DNA from: Azolla caroliniana | Taxonomy: Eukaryota > Plantae > Polypodiophyta | Assembly: GCA_043228905.1 (NCBI GenBank) | Contig: JBHGNT010000005.1 | Span: forward strand, 16,368,001-16,432,000 | Direction: 5' to 3' | DNA: 64,000 nucleotides | Shown: positions 25,809-40,235 of the stretch, in pieces | Layout of the letters: each line of letters begins with the position of its first letter | How positions within the stretch are numbered: position 1 is the first letter of the stretch | The notes under the pieces: generated by a model | Database searches by the model: none | Told to the model about the DNA's origin: nothing | The model's input: only the letters and a program-made list of their open reading frames with translations | Position numbers and translations under genes: made by a program

Positions 25809-27828
25809 ATAATTTCTAGGATTTGGACAATGATTTTGCATAATCTCAGAAGTTCTTTGGATAATATAAAAGGTAATACGCAACAGACGGAGCTCAAGCG
25901 ATTGGAGTTTCATGCCACCTTGGACAGGGGCATATTTTATAAACAGATTTCTAATAAGGTGGAGTGGTTCTACTCTATCCTGAAGTATTTATTTAAGCCA
26001 ACAGTTAGACTGTAGAAAAAAGAGGCTCATTACTGACAAGTACATCTTGTATTATAGCCTTAAGGGCGTTTTCTTAATACTAATGTAGTATCTTTTTTTG
26101 GAAAAAAATAAAAAACATATATATGAGTTTCTAATATTAGGATGTGGCATACTTAATTATGAAAACAACATTTGATATATCAAATGAATGAATGTGCAAA
26201 ATTAGCATTTGTATACATTTTCTTCAAGAGATTCCTACATTGAACCTTTGTAAGATATAACCAACTTTGAACCATCTATGTGGTCTTCTATTTGTAACAT
26301 CTTCCTTGCACTCAAGTATCTTTTAGAATATTTGGGACTGCAATATAAGCTATAATTTGCTAATCTTCAATATGAGCTTGCATACAAATCAATTTGAAGC
26401 TCTATTCAGTTGGCTACATATGACAATCAATGTAATAATAGGCACATGAATCTACAATCATTCTGTGCATAGATATGTAATGATGATATCATGCTACGTG
26501 AGAATCACACAAAGGTAGGAGAGGTCAAGAATTGCCATAGAAAGAATAGTACATACATGCATACCAAGAGATTCAGGATTAAACACCACATACATAATAC
26601 AATCAATCACAATCAAACTTTTCAATAACAATCATGGAAATTATAAAACTTTTAAACTTTTATGAGCATTTTGTGAAATATTTTAGGATACAAAAGACAA
26701 AGGGCATTCAATTGAAGGAATGGTAAAATGAGCATTTATGTTGTGCTTGCTATACGCATATATACGTATGTATATACTTTATCTTCACTAAATAATTTGC
26801 ATTCCGCACACTGAAACATTGTTGGGTACTCTTATATATATTCTATATCATAATAGCAAATGTTTTCCACAAACATGCTAGCTTTTGACTACTACACTGC
26901 TTTTTTTTCATCATGACCAATCAAGCTCGGACAACTACAATATTCCCCTGGCCTTTCAGAAGACAAGCAAAGGGGTTGTGTTTGTGATATACTACCTAAT
27001 ACATGGACAGGTAATGGAATTTGGAAACTCAGAAGTCTCACTCAAGAACCCCAATTGTACACCTGATCCCCTCTCAAAAGATTCCTTCAAAAATCCTTGT
27101 AAAAGAAGTCGAGTAGTCAGGCCTTCGGCTTTCCCAAAGCGGACAAGATGAGATGTGATACAATGACAATCATTGGCTTAACTCAACCAGGGACAAAAAA
27201 AGAACAAGATTCCTCACAAACACGGAGGAGTCCACATCTTGTCCCGTCTCCCCTGTAGACATATACATTGACACCACCTTCGCTTGACCAGGGACAAAGG
27301 GAGCAACAAGACTACCAAGTAACAATGAAACTATCTTAAGCTATACATATCAAGAGAAGTAAATTGAAATTGTAATGATTGTTAATATATTAGGCAGATG
27401 GCATAAATGTTTGTTACAGAAGTAGATTTGATTGTATCCTGTGTAGAAGTTGTGAAAAGCCTAGTGAACCACAAGCATTCATTCATCAAACTGATCAAAA
27501 AATGGTGTGTGATATAAAGGCTCCACCTTTACATCTTTTACTACCCATGGCCTCCTACACATTCCCCCCTCTAGAGCTATATAGAAGCCTTCCTTTTTAG
27601 CTATGTAGTTGGCAATCAATAATAAACAGAACACACTGAATAGGGGAGATCATTATTTGCCAAACATTCTATAAAAGTTTGAAGGAATTGGCTCCATCTG
27701 TGGTAACTATAACCCTGGAAGACAGTCGATTACCCTTTCCTCAATCCGTTCAATTTATAGCTTTTTTCCTCTTCTTTTCTTCCTTCATTTCTGTGTGTGA
27801 AAGCCACTCAACTTCTGAATACATTTGC

Positions 27829-30800
27829 CTAAAAGCTATAATGCTTCACTGCACATTCCAATGCTTCTTCACTTGGGCCCAAGATTTCTTTTAACTTCTG
27901 CCCATTTTTGAAAATTTTGAATGTCGGGATGAACGTGAGACTCTCGTCTTTCGTGATCACAGGATTCTCATCCACATCCACCTATACAAAAGAATTAACC
28001 AAGAATACATCCATTCAACTCAATTGGAGAGTAAAGAAGAGAATGCCAAAAAATATTACACACCTTCACAAAATGTACACACGGATATCTTGTGCATAGT
28101 TGGTCAACAAACGATGAAATCTCTCGGCAACGATCACTTCGTTGGGTGACAAATTCTACAACAGACAATCCTACAAAAGAATAAAAATAACAAATTAGCT
28201 GAAGTTTAAAAAAATTTGGCTATTTTCTCACAAAAACATGGCCAGCAAGGGGGGGCTAACCAAGGCCAAGAGTTCAAATACATAGTTGGCCCCCCATTTA
28301 TATGTTTTTACAAGGGAACGTGTTACTAGCTTTATCCTTAGTAGTTCTGTGGATATCATCATATAACCCTGGTGAAAGTTTTCATGTTTCTTTTTCCTAA
28401 CTTCATGGAATCAATAACTTACTGGGTTTCAAGAATAACAAACTATTTAACTTCATGGGAGGAATGTCGGTATTATTGACTTTAACTTCACTATCACCAA
28501 CCTTTAAATGGGATATTGATTACATGTGCAAATTTATGGATGGATTGATTAACATTTACATACACATACATCATGAGAACTAGATTAGAGATTAAATTAG
28601 ATAATTCGATTAATCAGAATGGCAACTAGGAAAATTTGGTATGGAAAGCATTAATGCATATATATTTGAATATTAAAGTATAAGATTCATGTGAAAATGA
28701 AAAAGAACGACCATGCTAGTTTTTCTTAATGGAGTTCAAACTTACAAACTGACACATATACATACATACATACATACATACATACATACATACATACATA
28801 CATACATACATACATAGGGTTTAGGGTTTAGGGTTTATGTAAATCAAGAAATTAATTTCACTTCATTTCATTTTCAGTACAAGAAATTGACCATTTTGCA
28901 AAGGAAATTCACAACTAGGCTACTCAGAATAATAGACTGTATACTGTATCTATACTAAGTAAAAGAGTTTGAGCTTGCCAACCTGGAGAATTGACAACCT
29001 CTCTGAACTGATCTCTATCAACAACCTCCTCCACACCTCCACCAAATCTCATCTTATGGATCTCCTCGCCTCTTGACTTCTTCATTGCAACTTGCAAATC
29101 AAAGAAGCCTCTGGCAACCACCATATCGTTCGGCAATTCCCGCCTCAAAACCTCATAGTCCCTGAGGGCATCCTCCCATTGTTCGAGCTGGTGGTAGGTT
29201 CACATTTAAATAAAACTTAATTAAATAAATAAGCGCCCTCTCATCATGATGGGTTTTGTATTAATATGATACAAAATTAAAAGAATACACAAGGTTGTAC
29301 AACCACTAAGCAAATCAAAAACACCTAAAAAAGACAAATAAAATCAAAATGGAATGGAAAAATGCTTAATGTGATAGACCACAAGGGTATATATCTCCAT
29401 TGTCAATGTGCATAAGAGTCATCAATCAATCTCTCTCTCAATGGACTTACCTTAGTGATACACTATTAATATTTAGGCTTTTGACTCAAGGTCATGGGTC
29501 CAAAACCTTACTTTTCACACATCTCTGCTACACTGTGTATCCCTTTTTCTAAACTATTTGGTACATTTTATATCACTCCTAAACTTCATGCCATACCGGT
29601 GTACCGAAATAATGACCTCAGTCTCAAAATTTGACACAACCATCTCAACTATGGCTCAGTTGGCTCTCTCTCATACACATTGGTACGAGCAATGCAAAGA
29701 GATGTACCACCAACTTTGTACAAGGTAAATCTTGAGGAAATTATACAAACAAGTGAGCACTCTCAGCACACTAAAAAAGGTGCATCTGTGAGGATGCACG
29801 ATATTGGGATTTGTACCAACTCTTAACGAGCAGAGACTCATGGCCACTACATTGCAATGTATCAGTAAACCCCAAACCCGATCAAGGATCCACAGCTACA
29901 GCATTCTTAGAGGGAGAGCTTATATCATGCCCCTCACCAATACCTAATACCACAAATATCCACCAGTACATATGCCTTATTCAACCTTAATCGAGGATGA
30001 GGACATCCAGCATCTTCAGCACCGTGCACATAATTGTGCCTATCCAGAAGTCAAAAGATCCCCCTAACTAGACACCTAAACCTTATCATGATTAGCTATG
30101 GCCACACTCTCCAAACTTTATAGATCGGTGGTTGAACCAGGTATTAGAACTTACACTAAGGTTGACAAGATGCAAGCCCCAAATAAACCAAGATTTGGGG
30201 GTGTGGTGGACTAAGGCTCTGGATATTGTACCAAGGAAAAGTTTCCTACAAAGACTCTGCATACTGAAAACTCCCTCCAACATGTGCAGGCAATATATGC
30301 ATAGATGAGCAAGTATTGGGATCATTCAAGTGTGTTGGGGCACTACAGATGGATGCCCCACTCTCCCCTGACCTCCGTAGACTATATTGATGAGGCAATG
30401 AAGGTATTGACAGCTTAGGCACACAACTACAACCTTCTTTCTATTATTCACATAAACTTGGCATCTTTATCTCAACCAAGTCTACTATATCACATCAACG
30501 TTGTATCAAACAACCAGACCCCAGAGTGAACCTGCAAAGGACAAAGGCCATAATATTCCACGCATCTATGCTGATAAGGTAACTTCACCCTAGAAGGAAG
30601 CTATGTGGACGTAGTAGATTTATATGTCTATATAGGTGTCACAATTAGAAGCACCATTGCTAGCTTCTCTATGTAAGATTGCCTCACTTAGGGATATGCA
30701 GCACTAACCATGCTAGAATGATAATACCACCAAGCATAACTACATGAGAACCTTGTATCAAGGTATGGTTATTTGACATCATGGTCATCCCCACCCTCAT

Positions 30801-33800
30801 GTATGATGCACCATGTGGGTTTCCCCTTCCATGTGTGGACATAAATAGAGTTCCCACTAGTCATGATGTTGTGACAGAAATACATAACAGAGTCTCCACC
30901 ACACATGAGATCATCTGAGTTGAATTGTCTGCACCCTTCATGATGGTAGAAACATCATTCCAAATAGTGAAACCTTGATAACCAACTCCAGCCATGCTAC
31001 CTCAAGTTATGTGATGGAGAGGTCAAGAGTGAAGAGAACTTTCTGTACAGGTGCCCAACTTATAAGGCACTCAGAAAGAAAGAAAGAAAGATACATTAAC
31101 GTCTTTTAAGAGGCCAAAATTACATCTTAAGTGTTGTCTCGTCTTTGAGAACAATAAATCAAAATAAAATAAGCATTACTCAGTAAATATAAAAGTAAAT
31201 AAGATAAAAACAGATGAGGGAATCTGGTTTTCAGCACATATGAGATTCTCAAGTTAGATATATTGTAACTTTTGTCTTCGAAGGTTCTCTAGCATAGGTT
31301 GATCCAGAATGGAGAGGTCTCTGAAGCCAGGGAAGCACCTCCGATGGCAGGAGATAATGGCAGTTTTTATGGCGTAGTCCACCTTTTGACAGAAGTTGGA
31401 GATGGCTAGCCCACCTCACTTTGGCCAAGCCTTGTTCTCTCCATGTCCAAATACGCATGAATATGAAATCAGTATAAGTGGCCATTGCCTTGATCTATCA
31501 CTCACCCCATCCCATACATATAGGTCATGCACTTCATGCTTACAAAAGCATCCCAAGAATCATTACCAATTGTAAAGACACCTCATACATTAAGATCATT
31601 ATCATGGATCTTTACTAAACCTACATCTTTTTTTTTCAGTACAGATAACTGAAAGTCCTCCAAAGTTGGAATTATGATTTGTCTCATAGGACAGTTTCGG
31701 CCTCTGGTAGACATTAATATATCTCTCTTTCTTTCTCTCACACACAATGAACTTTGATCAAACCTCACCTTTGAACTACAATTAGCCCGTCTCATAAGCG
31801 CTTTGATGTAATTCGGCTGGGCATTCAGTGCTGCATTGCAGTCCTCGATAGCCTTCTCCCACTGGCCGATCTTGGATCTACAAGCCGCACGGTTGCATAG
31901 GAGGACAGCATTTGTCGGGTCGCTTTCCAGACCCTCCCCATACGCTGCACACGCCTCGAAGAATTTGCCAGCATTGAAAAGTTTGTTTCCAACCCTCCTC
32001 GTTTGGCCGACCGCATGTGCCTTCCTTAACAAACCAACTGCTTCAGGATTGCGAGGATCAAGTTTCACAGCTGACTCGGCAGCTTGAATAGCATCATCAA
32101 ACCTGTATATATAAAGCTTCCTCACATATTAGAGAGAGAGAATTCCGAGAAGACTACATGGGTTAAAAAGAGAAACCAAAAGTCTCAACATAAAATCTCT
32201 ACTTACCCCATTTTGAGGATGTTATTTATAGGAACACAGTTCAATGCAGATTATCAACTCAAACCACTTTGTGATGTACATCGTGAAATGCCTGCTCAGT
32301 TCTAAGGACATGTTTCAATATAAATTGTCAACTCAACTTTACTCCACCTCATGATGTACATCTTTAGATGCCTGCTAAGTTCCAAGGACATAAGACGGTA
32401 TAAATTGTCAACTCAACCTTACTCCACCTCGTGATGTACATCTTGAGATGCCTGCTAAGTTCCAAGGACATGTTTCGATATAAATTGTCAACTCAACCCA
32501 CTTTTTTCGGGATATCTAATTGTGGGCACAGGCAGACACTATCTATTTTATAGAAATTATTGCAATGTAGATTCTCAACTTCACCAGACTTCTGAGGGGC
32601 GTATTGATGGTGGGTACACAGAGCTAGTCTATTACTACGGACTTATTTCAAACGTAAACTCTTGACTCAACTAACTAGTGGAGCATCACAATGTGGAAAC
32701 GGATGAGCCTATATATTTTTAAGGACATACATTCTTCAATGTCCATTTTTTAACTTAAGTTTCCTTCCAATGGACATCTCAAAATGGAAATGGATCGTAC
32801 CTAGTTCTAAGGAAATTTACAATAAAATGTAACTACTCAACCCACTTATCACTTTCTGAGAGTCGTTACACTGCAGGGAGCCTATATAGTTTTAAGCACA
32901 TAATTCATTGCAAATTCATCCACCCAACTCACCTTCCCAGAGACATCTCTATGTGGGCACGTAGCATATGCAAAAACGAGTCAGCCGGCACCACTCCTAG
33001 CTTGCACAAGGAGGCTTCCAGTTTCAGAGCTTCAGTGCATACCACCTCTGCTTCTTCTTGTTTATGCAACTTCAAGAGAGCCTCAGATTTGTAGCCAAGA
33101 ATCTGTACATGATATTATAGATATATATGTTTATGAGATATGTATGCATTGTCAACATGTATAATATAAGTATAGCATATTATGAACTACGTGAAAGAGC
33201 TACCTATATACTATTATGAACTATCTGAATATTATTATCAATATTAGCTCTGAATTTTATAATTCAAGTAGATGATAGGAAGTCAATCTATTCCAATTCT
33301 TATACCTGCGGTGCTGAATCCGCTCCGGCGGTAATTGCAGCATTGCTTTCAGACAAAGTGTTTCTCCAATTGCCCATTTTTCTTGCCTCAATGCATTTCG
33401 AGATATGGCGTTCAACTATCTGGAGATTCTGCATCTCTTTGGCATCAGCTTGACATGTCACAGCTAAGTGTCTCTTCGCACTCTCAATCAGACCCAGCCT
33501 GTAAACAAAATAGAGTGGACATTTATGGAAATGAATATGGAATATTCATAAGTGATCGCTGTGGAAAGAGGCAATGGGGAGATACGATGCACTGATTCTC
33601 AATGTGAAAGTATCGCTTCTAGGCATCTACAAGAAATAAATGTATAAACATGATAGTGTAATAGTAAAGCTTATGCTTTCTAATGTTAATGTTGAGATTC
33701 AGGCTTACACCACAGGTTATGTCCTTAGTTAATCATGCTTGCCAAAATATTTTTATCCTTTTTTACTTTAAGAACATTAATTACACTTACAATCTAAAAA

Positions 33801-35805
33801 TATCTTTGAAATAAGGCAAAAGCATTTGTATTTTTACTTTTGAGATCACTACATATCAGCTAAACTAACACTTTTCTTCTATGAAGATGCGTTTCCATAA
33901 CCATAGCATGCCTTGAAAACATGCAAAAGGCCGTGCAGAAAAGAGAAACATGATAAAAAAAAAACAAGGCTCACTCACTATGCATAGACATATCTGTGAG
34001 AAAAACGCGAGTGAAGTTAACCTGACATAGAGATAAGCTGCTCTATGGTGAGCTCGAGCATAACAAGGATCTAATCGAATTGCTTCTTCGCATTCTTGAA
34101 CAGCTTCTCCCAAACGAGCCAATCCAATCAGGGCAGCAGCCCTATTGCTTCTATAAGGTGCATGGTTTGGACAAATTGCAATGGATCTATCATAAAAGGC
34201 AACAGCCTCAGCGAAATTCCCCTTCTTGTAAAGTTCATTTCCAGCATTCTTAATCTCCTCAGGGTCATCCATTTGGCACACCCCATGTTTTGGCTCCTCA
34301 GCGATCCTGTTACTAGATCTCGAGATGGACCCATGGTTGAGAATGTTTCCCGTAGGTACACTCGGATTCCATCGGCCACCAGCACATATATTACCCAGGT
34401 TGCTATTGATCGGATGGGAGATCGGAAGCGTCGCATCATCCGGTTTTTTCACCACGCAGCTCTCTACCTTATCCGTGCATCCAGGCTTGCTTGCTGAGGA
34501 AGCTTTTGGTTTACCTAAGTTTCCATTCATGTTCCCGCCACCTAGTATGTTGCCCATACCTCTAAGGCTCACATTTGAGGAACTATCCTTATTAGTATTC
34601 AATATATTGCTCCGAGATCCCAAATCTTTGGTATAGTGCCCAGCTCCACCCAGACATGAAGAATCAGCACTGCCATATCCTCCGGTGGAAGATCTCCTCC
34701 ACGAATCTTTAGCTATGGGGCTACCTCCATCGGACACAGAGAGGCCTCCATTGAAAGAGGCTCTTCGGTCTCCGTCTTTAGCATTGGAGCTTAAGCCCAT
34801 GAAGATTGGTGGGTAATCCACACTGCCTGTAGACGACCATCTCCTGCCCCCCTCTTTGAAATTTGTGGTAGGGCTTGAATCTGCCCCCACAATAAGACCC
34901 CCCTGATTGCTGCTTTCTTTATTAACATTGGCATTCATTTGCTCGCCTGACTTGTAAAGGCGAGTGCTGTTCCCAAAATTCCCACTGTTTGCCCGCCCAC
35001 TTGTCACTACGGTTTGCTCTGCCGATTTGTGGGTCCTGGGAGAATCATGGCTTCGCAGGCTGGGCCCATTAGAAGTAGCTGTAGCTACATCCTCTGGCTT
35101 CTTCTGACTTTGAGGTTCCGTAGTGCTACCTTTAGTAATAGGGTCATTAGCATGTGGATCTGATACCAAAGCCTTCTTGACTTTCCCAGTATTGATAGGC
35201 TGAGGAAAACCTCTAGAATCATATAATTTCTCACTGTTCAACGCCACAGCATGATTAGCATGATCACCAGAATCATGGGCTCTGAAAATTGAAGCACTAG
35301 AGCTAGCCAGATCCACTGACTTCATCTGGCTTTGAGGATAATCTCTAGAATCACAAAGTTTCTCGTTGTTGAAATCCATACAATTCCTTACCTTGTCGGG
35401 GGATTCCATTGGATCCATTGCAGATTTGTTACTGTCGCTGTACTTCTTCGGGTGGATGGGCTGAGAGAGCTCTTCATCCGATGGGCTCGACTTAATCACA
35501 TTGATAGATCCATACCGCCCATTCCTCGTAGAGCTTGCTTCTTGTACAGATGTTGCGTCTTGTTTCATAGCATGCGCTTTTGGTTTCAGATCTGGGTCCT
35601 CTCTGAAGCTTCTACTATAGTGAGAATTCTTGTTAGTAGAAATGGGTTCCTTCCTACTAAAGTTCTCTGCACTGGAGCCATAGCTGGACCAATGCTGATA
35701 CTTCTCTGCTTCCATACTTGGGTTATGAAGCTTGCTATGGAGGATACCCACATACATATCCATCGCACTATGATGCTTTCTCTCTTCCGCTCGGCATTGA
35801 GCCAT
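27829..35805 (-). CDS. TTL1: TPR repeat-containing thioredoxin-like protein (TTL family); exons 34022-35805, 33306-33498, 32933-33102, 31769-32102, 28983-29187, 28064-28170, 27829-27981; about 981 aa
   Basis: All introns GT-AG and phase-consistent (2946 nt). [68 protein letters not shown]...[10 protein letters not shown]. Symbol marks the family; orthology is not resolved. Confidence 0.95.
28757..28838. repeat. (CATA)n microsatellite fused to interstitial telomeric (TTTAGGG) repeats
   Basis: About 14 CATA units then TAGGGTTTAGGGTTTAGGGTTTA, in TTL intron 5. Confidence 0.92.
29580..31070 (+). mobile_element. Highly degenerate LINE fragments in TTL intron 4
   Basis: 30600-31070 is recognisably similar to ORF2 of the LINE at 57061-59200; boundaries approximate. 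Confidence 0.55.
31075..31560 (-). mobile_element. 3' fragment of a related LINE
   Basis: GAAAGAAAGATACATTAACGTCTTTTAAGAGGCCAAAATT matches 56844-56880, followed by a similar A-rich tract. Confidence 0.5.
32271..32498. repeat. 80-bp tandem repeat, about 3 copies, TTL intron 3
   Basis: TGATGTACATC at 32272, 32352 and 32432. Confidence 0.92.
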
Positions 35806-35977
35806 GGAAAAAGTAGTGAAATATAGTGAGGATTGGATAGATCAGATCTGTAAACGATGGCCCAGCTCAGAAAGTAGATAATAAGGTCAAATAATCAGGC
35901 TATTTGTGATAGGTATGAGCTTAAAGTGGAGAAGGAGGCGCGCATTTGACACTTGAGAGAAGGTAGATTTGTATGCA

Positions 35978-36313
35978 GAGAAGAAGAAGAAGAAGAAGAA
36001 GAAGAAGAGGAGGAGGAGGAGGGGAAGCATTGCATTATGAAAGAAGAAAAGGAAGAAAAGACGAGTACAGAAAGGAAAAGAAGAAGTGGGTTGGATAAAT
36101 AATGAAATGAAAGGAAAAGAAACAGAGGAGCTTTGATTAATTAAAAGGGAGGAGAAAATATGACTGTAGCCTGTGGCTATGGCGAGCTCGGGCTCTGTAC
36201 AGAGAGAGAGGAAGCGGATTAGAGTTAGAAAAGGAAAAGGAAAAGTATCGATCGTACCATTACTCGGGAAAGAAGGAAAACTACTGCTTCTCTCTGTTTG
36301 CGCCTCACACACA

Positions 36314-36373
<60 letters not shown>

Positions 36374-36619
36374 ATGCCATACATTTGTTCTGTATCATCA
36401 TACATACATACATACATACATACATATTATGTATACAGTATAATCAAACATACCAATGCAGACCATATGCATTACATTACATGCATAAATCAATCACACA
36501 GAGCATACCATACATAAAAACAATCATACATGCCACCAATCAATACATGCATACAGACCAGACCATTATACATACATAAATTAATCAATCGATGACACAT
36601 GCGCATACATGCCAATTAC

Positions 36620-36657
<38 letters not shown>

Positions 36658-37085
36658 ATTGTTGCGTCTCCTCTCTCTGTCTGCCTGTGCCTGTCTCTCT
36701 CTGTCTTCGCTGTTCAGACAGCATTGAATTGCTTGTTTATGACCTGCTATACCCGGTTAGGTCTCATGCCCCCCCTACTTTCCCGCCACGGGAAAACACG
36801 GGATTCCCAAGCTTTTGTAGGTAGCGGATTTGGGAGGGGTGAAATGACTGACACGTGGCAATGGTTATCCAGCCTGTCCACTTTCTCCCACCGTTGATGG
36901 CCGGTCATCCTTCCATCCCCATCCATCCATGTGTCTGGTGGGTGGGTGGGTGGATGGATGGCCATTCTTTTGCTTTGTGAATGGATGGATGGATGGATGG
37001 ATGGATGGCCATTCTTTTGCTTTGTGCATGGATGGATGGATGGATGAATGCTCATTCTTCTTTTGCTCTCTGAATGGATGGATGC
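35978..37085. repeat. Microsatellite cluster upstream of TTL: (GAA)n, (CCCATA)n, (CATA)n, (AG)n, (GGAT)n
   Basis: Directly visible at about 35978-36008, 36319-36372, 36400-36426, 36626-36654 and 36940-37085. Confidence 0.93.
36850..36859. promoter_or_regulatory. G-box/ABRE-like motif GACACGTGGC about 1 kb upstream of the TTL ATG
   Basis: Matches the ACGTGGC ABRE core; function untested. Confidence 0.35.
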
Positions 37086-37180
37086 ATTGTATGAACCATG
37101 CGTACCATACGTGATTTGCTTTCGCATTCGAGTATGGTAAATACCATACGTTTCTATTCATTATTTATTATAAGGTAAAT

Positions 37181-40100
37181 TGTTATAGAGTAGAGTGATT
37201 ATAGACTATTGAGCAAGATCAAAAGGGCGATTAGATATTAATCTAGATCACTAATAGCATATGAATATAACCTTAAGATAGAGCTCATAGGCTGTGCTAT
37301 TCTCTACATTGTCTAAATGATTCAAATACATGAGTTTATGACCCACCAGATGATGGGATGCATGCATACTATTTACATCATGATGCCTTGTTAACTAAAG
37401 CTTAAGACTAAGATAGATATAGCATGACTCATTTCATGCATGAGTTCATAACACTCCCACTCATCTCACCATCATTGTTTTAGCTCATCAGCTCTGATAA
37501 TCTTGTGAGTCCAAGAGAATGAATGTTCAGCCAATGTTTTGTTGCAGGTAAGCTTTTGGTAAAAATATCTGCCAAGTTCTTGCTTGATGTAATAGGTTGA
37601 ATGTTGATATAATTATCATTGAGCTCACGAGTAAAGAAAAACTTGGGAGAAATATACTTGATTCGATCACCTTTAATGAAGCCCTTCTTGAACTGATTAA
37701 TGCAAGCATAATTATCTTCATAGATAATTGTTGGTAACGAGGGGTCGATAAAACCGCAAGAACTTTCAATACGCTCGATTAAGCGTTGTAACCATAGGCA
37801 TTCTCATGTTGCTTCATGTAATGCCAATATCTCACCATGATTTGAAGATGTTGCAACCAATGTTTGCTTTGTCAATCGCCAAGATATTGTTGTGCCACTA
37901 ACAAGGAAAACATATCTTGTTTGTATCAATTGATCGTGCATAGAACCACTGGTAAAGAAAAGACCCATATATTTAGTGCCTCGTAAATATCGAAAAATCT
38001 ACTTAATTCTAGTCTAGTGTCGCCTGATAGGATTGTGACTATACTGAGCCAGCAAATTGATAGAGAACGAAATGTTTGGTCGCATACAACATCATCCATG
38101 TAAGGATACTATGGTCCCAATGCGGACTCGTTAGAAGATCTTGGTTGAAATGGGTCACGAGAAGAATCCAGAGAGCGCACTACCATAGGAGTTCTAATAG
38201 AATGAGCTTGATCCATAGAAAACTGTTTTAATATTTTATGGGTATAAGAGCTCAAACGAACAAGAATTCCATTAGATAGGTGCTCGATTTGAAGGGCCAA
38301 GCAGAATGTAGTTAAACCAAGGTCTTTCATTTCAAATTAGCGGCGAAGCATAGCAACAACATCTTCAATAACATTGGATGTTCCAATAATATTGAGATCA
38401 TCAACATAAATAACAATGATGACAAATTCTCTAAGATTATGCTTGATAAATATGTAAGGACAAATATCATCATTCTTAAATCCATGAGAAAGAAGATATT
38501 GAGAGAGATGTTGATACCACATACGACCGGCTTGTTTAAGTCCATAAAGAGGGACTTGCATAACTTGATCGATGGATTGCAAATTTTTCCAAGTTGCATA
38601 GAGTTGCAAAGTTCTTCAGGTATCTTCATGTATATGTCTTTATCCAAATCACCATAAAGATAGGTTGTAACCACATTCATGAGACGCATATGAAGACTTC
38701 GTTGAACAGTAAAATGAATCAACCAACGAAAACTCGTTGCATCCATAACCGGAGAATATGTATCAATATAATCAATACCAAATCGTTGCATGAAACCTTG
38801 AGCAACAAACCTTGCCTTATAACGAATAACTTCTCCTTTATCATTACACTTCCGCACAAAAACCCAACGATAGCCAACGGGTGTATGACCAATAGGTGTC
38901 TCTTGAATTTTACCAAAAACTTCTCGTTTGAGAAGACTATTTAGCTCAATCTGAATAACTTCTTTCCACTTATCCTAAAAAGGAGATGCTTTTGTTTCTT
39001 GAATAGTTTGAGGATCCGATTTGTTCACGAAGGCAATTGCGACATAGAAAATGAAGATATGATTAACCTCTTGTTGTGTTATTAACTTAGAATTAGCATA
39101 ATTAGCAATTGGAGACTCTTCACTAATTGTCCTATTTGATACTATAGGAACTTCAATTTCAGCCTCAATTGTTGGTTTTCGCTTTCTTAATTGTTTATCT
39201 TTTGCTCCAATAGGCCATCCACGCTTCTTGTGAGATTCTACGACATGTGCCAGTGATTCGCAAATCGAAATTCGAGTAGGCACATTCATAGTAGGATTAA
39301 TGTCAGAGACCTTCATATTGAAAGTGTCAACAAAAGCATATGGTGCATTGTTGGCAATACTTTGTAGATGTAATATTCGTTGAACTTCTTTCTCCCCCTC
39401 TCCAGTATAAGGATTTGGTGGTACTAGTTTATCCTTGGGCCAATTAAACATTACAATTTGATCAATCTTTCCTTTATGTTTCTCTTTTCCAGTTATCTTC
39501 CTCTAAAATCGGGAAAGTTGATTCATCAAACTAGCAATCGGCAAAGCAAGTTGTAAATAAATCGCTAGTTGTAAGTTCAAGATAGTGGATGATTGAAGGA
39601 GAGTTGAAACCCACATAAATTCCGAGACGACGTCAAGGACCAAGTTTCCTACGATAATGTGAAGAAATAGGAACATAAACTACACAACCAAATTATACTC
39701 GTAAATGAAAAACAAAGGGTGGAAAACCTATCATGAGTTGATGGGGAGAGCAAACATGATATGATAACGGTCGTAATCAGAGAAGTTGTGCTGCATGAAG
39801 TACTGCATGTCCCCATGTTGAACTAGGCAAATTCGATTTGAGAAGAATCAACCACACAATTACTTGGAATTGTTTAATCAAAGATTCAACCATACCATTT
39901 TGAGTGTGAACATGAGTTGAAACTTCAAAATTAATACCGATAGATTCGCAATAGTGAATAAAGGTTGTTGACGTAAACTCAGTAGCGTTGTCCATCCGAA
40001 TCGACTTAATTGGAAAATCTGGGAATTGAGCGTGCAACTTGATGATAAGGATGAGGAGTCGAGGCAACGCCATGTTGCGAGTAGAAAGAAGTGTGACGTG

Positions 40101-40235
40101 AGAAAAACGCGATGAAGCATCTTTGACTCCCATGAAGTAATAAAATGGTCCAGAAGGAGGGTGCACTGGTCCATGGATATCACCATGTATACACTCCAAA
40201 CATTTTGGTGACTCATACGGTTCCTTGTGTAAGGA
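37181..40235 (-). mobile_element. Ty1/Copia element F, Bianca lineage (3' LTR 37181-37453, RH-RT-INT), 5'-truncated
   Basis: TGTTAT...ATAACA LTR, PPT 37454-37467. Bianca-type integrase CIHGDIHGPVHPPSGPFYYFM..DASSRFSHVTLLSTRN. RT TYSPVMDA, IYVDDLNIIG. Confidence 0.9.

Noticed and set aside
32271-32498. CRISPR-like array
   Set aside because: Whole 80-bp units repeat with no unique spacers, inside a eukaryotic intron.
33865-34021. Hydrophobic C-terminus of the 646-aa ORF
   Set aside because: Read-through into intron 1 past the donor at 34021.
35887-36517. ORFs with WV, GY or HT dipeptide runs
   Set aside because: Translations of the (CCCATA)n and (CATA)n microsatellites.
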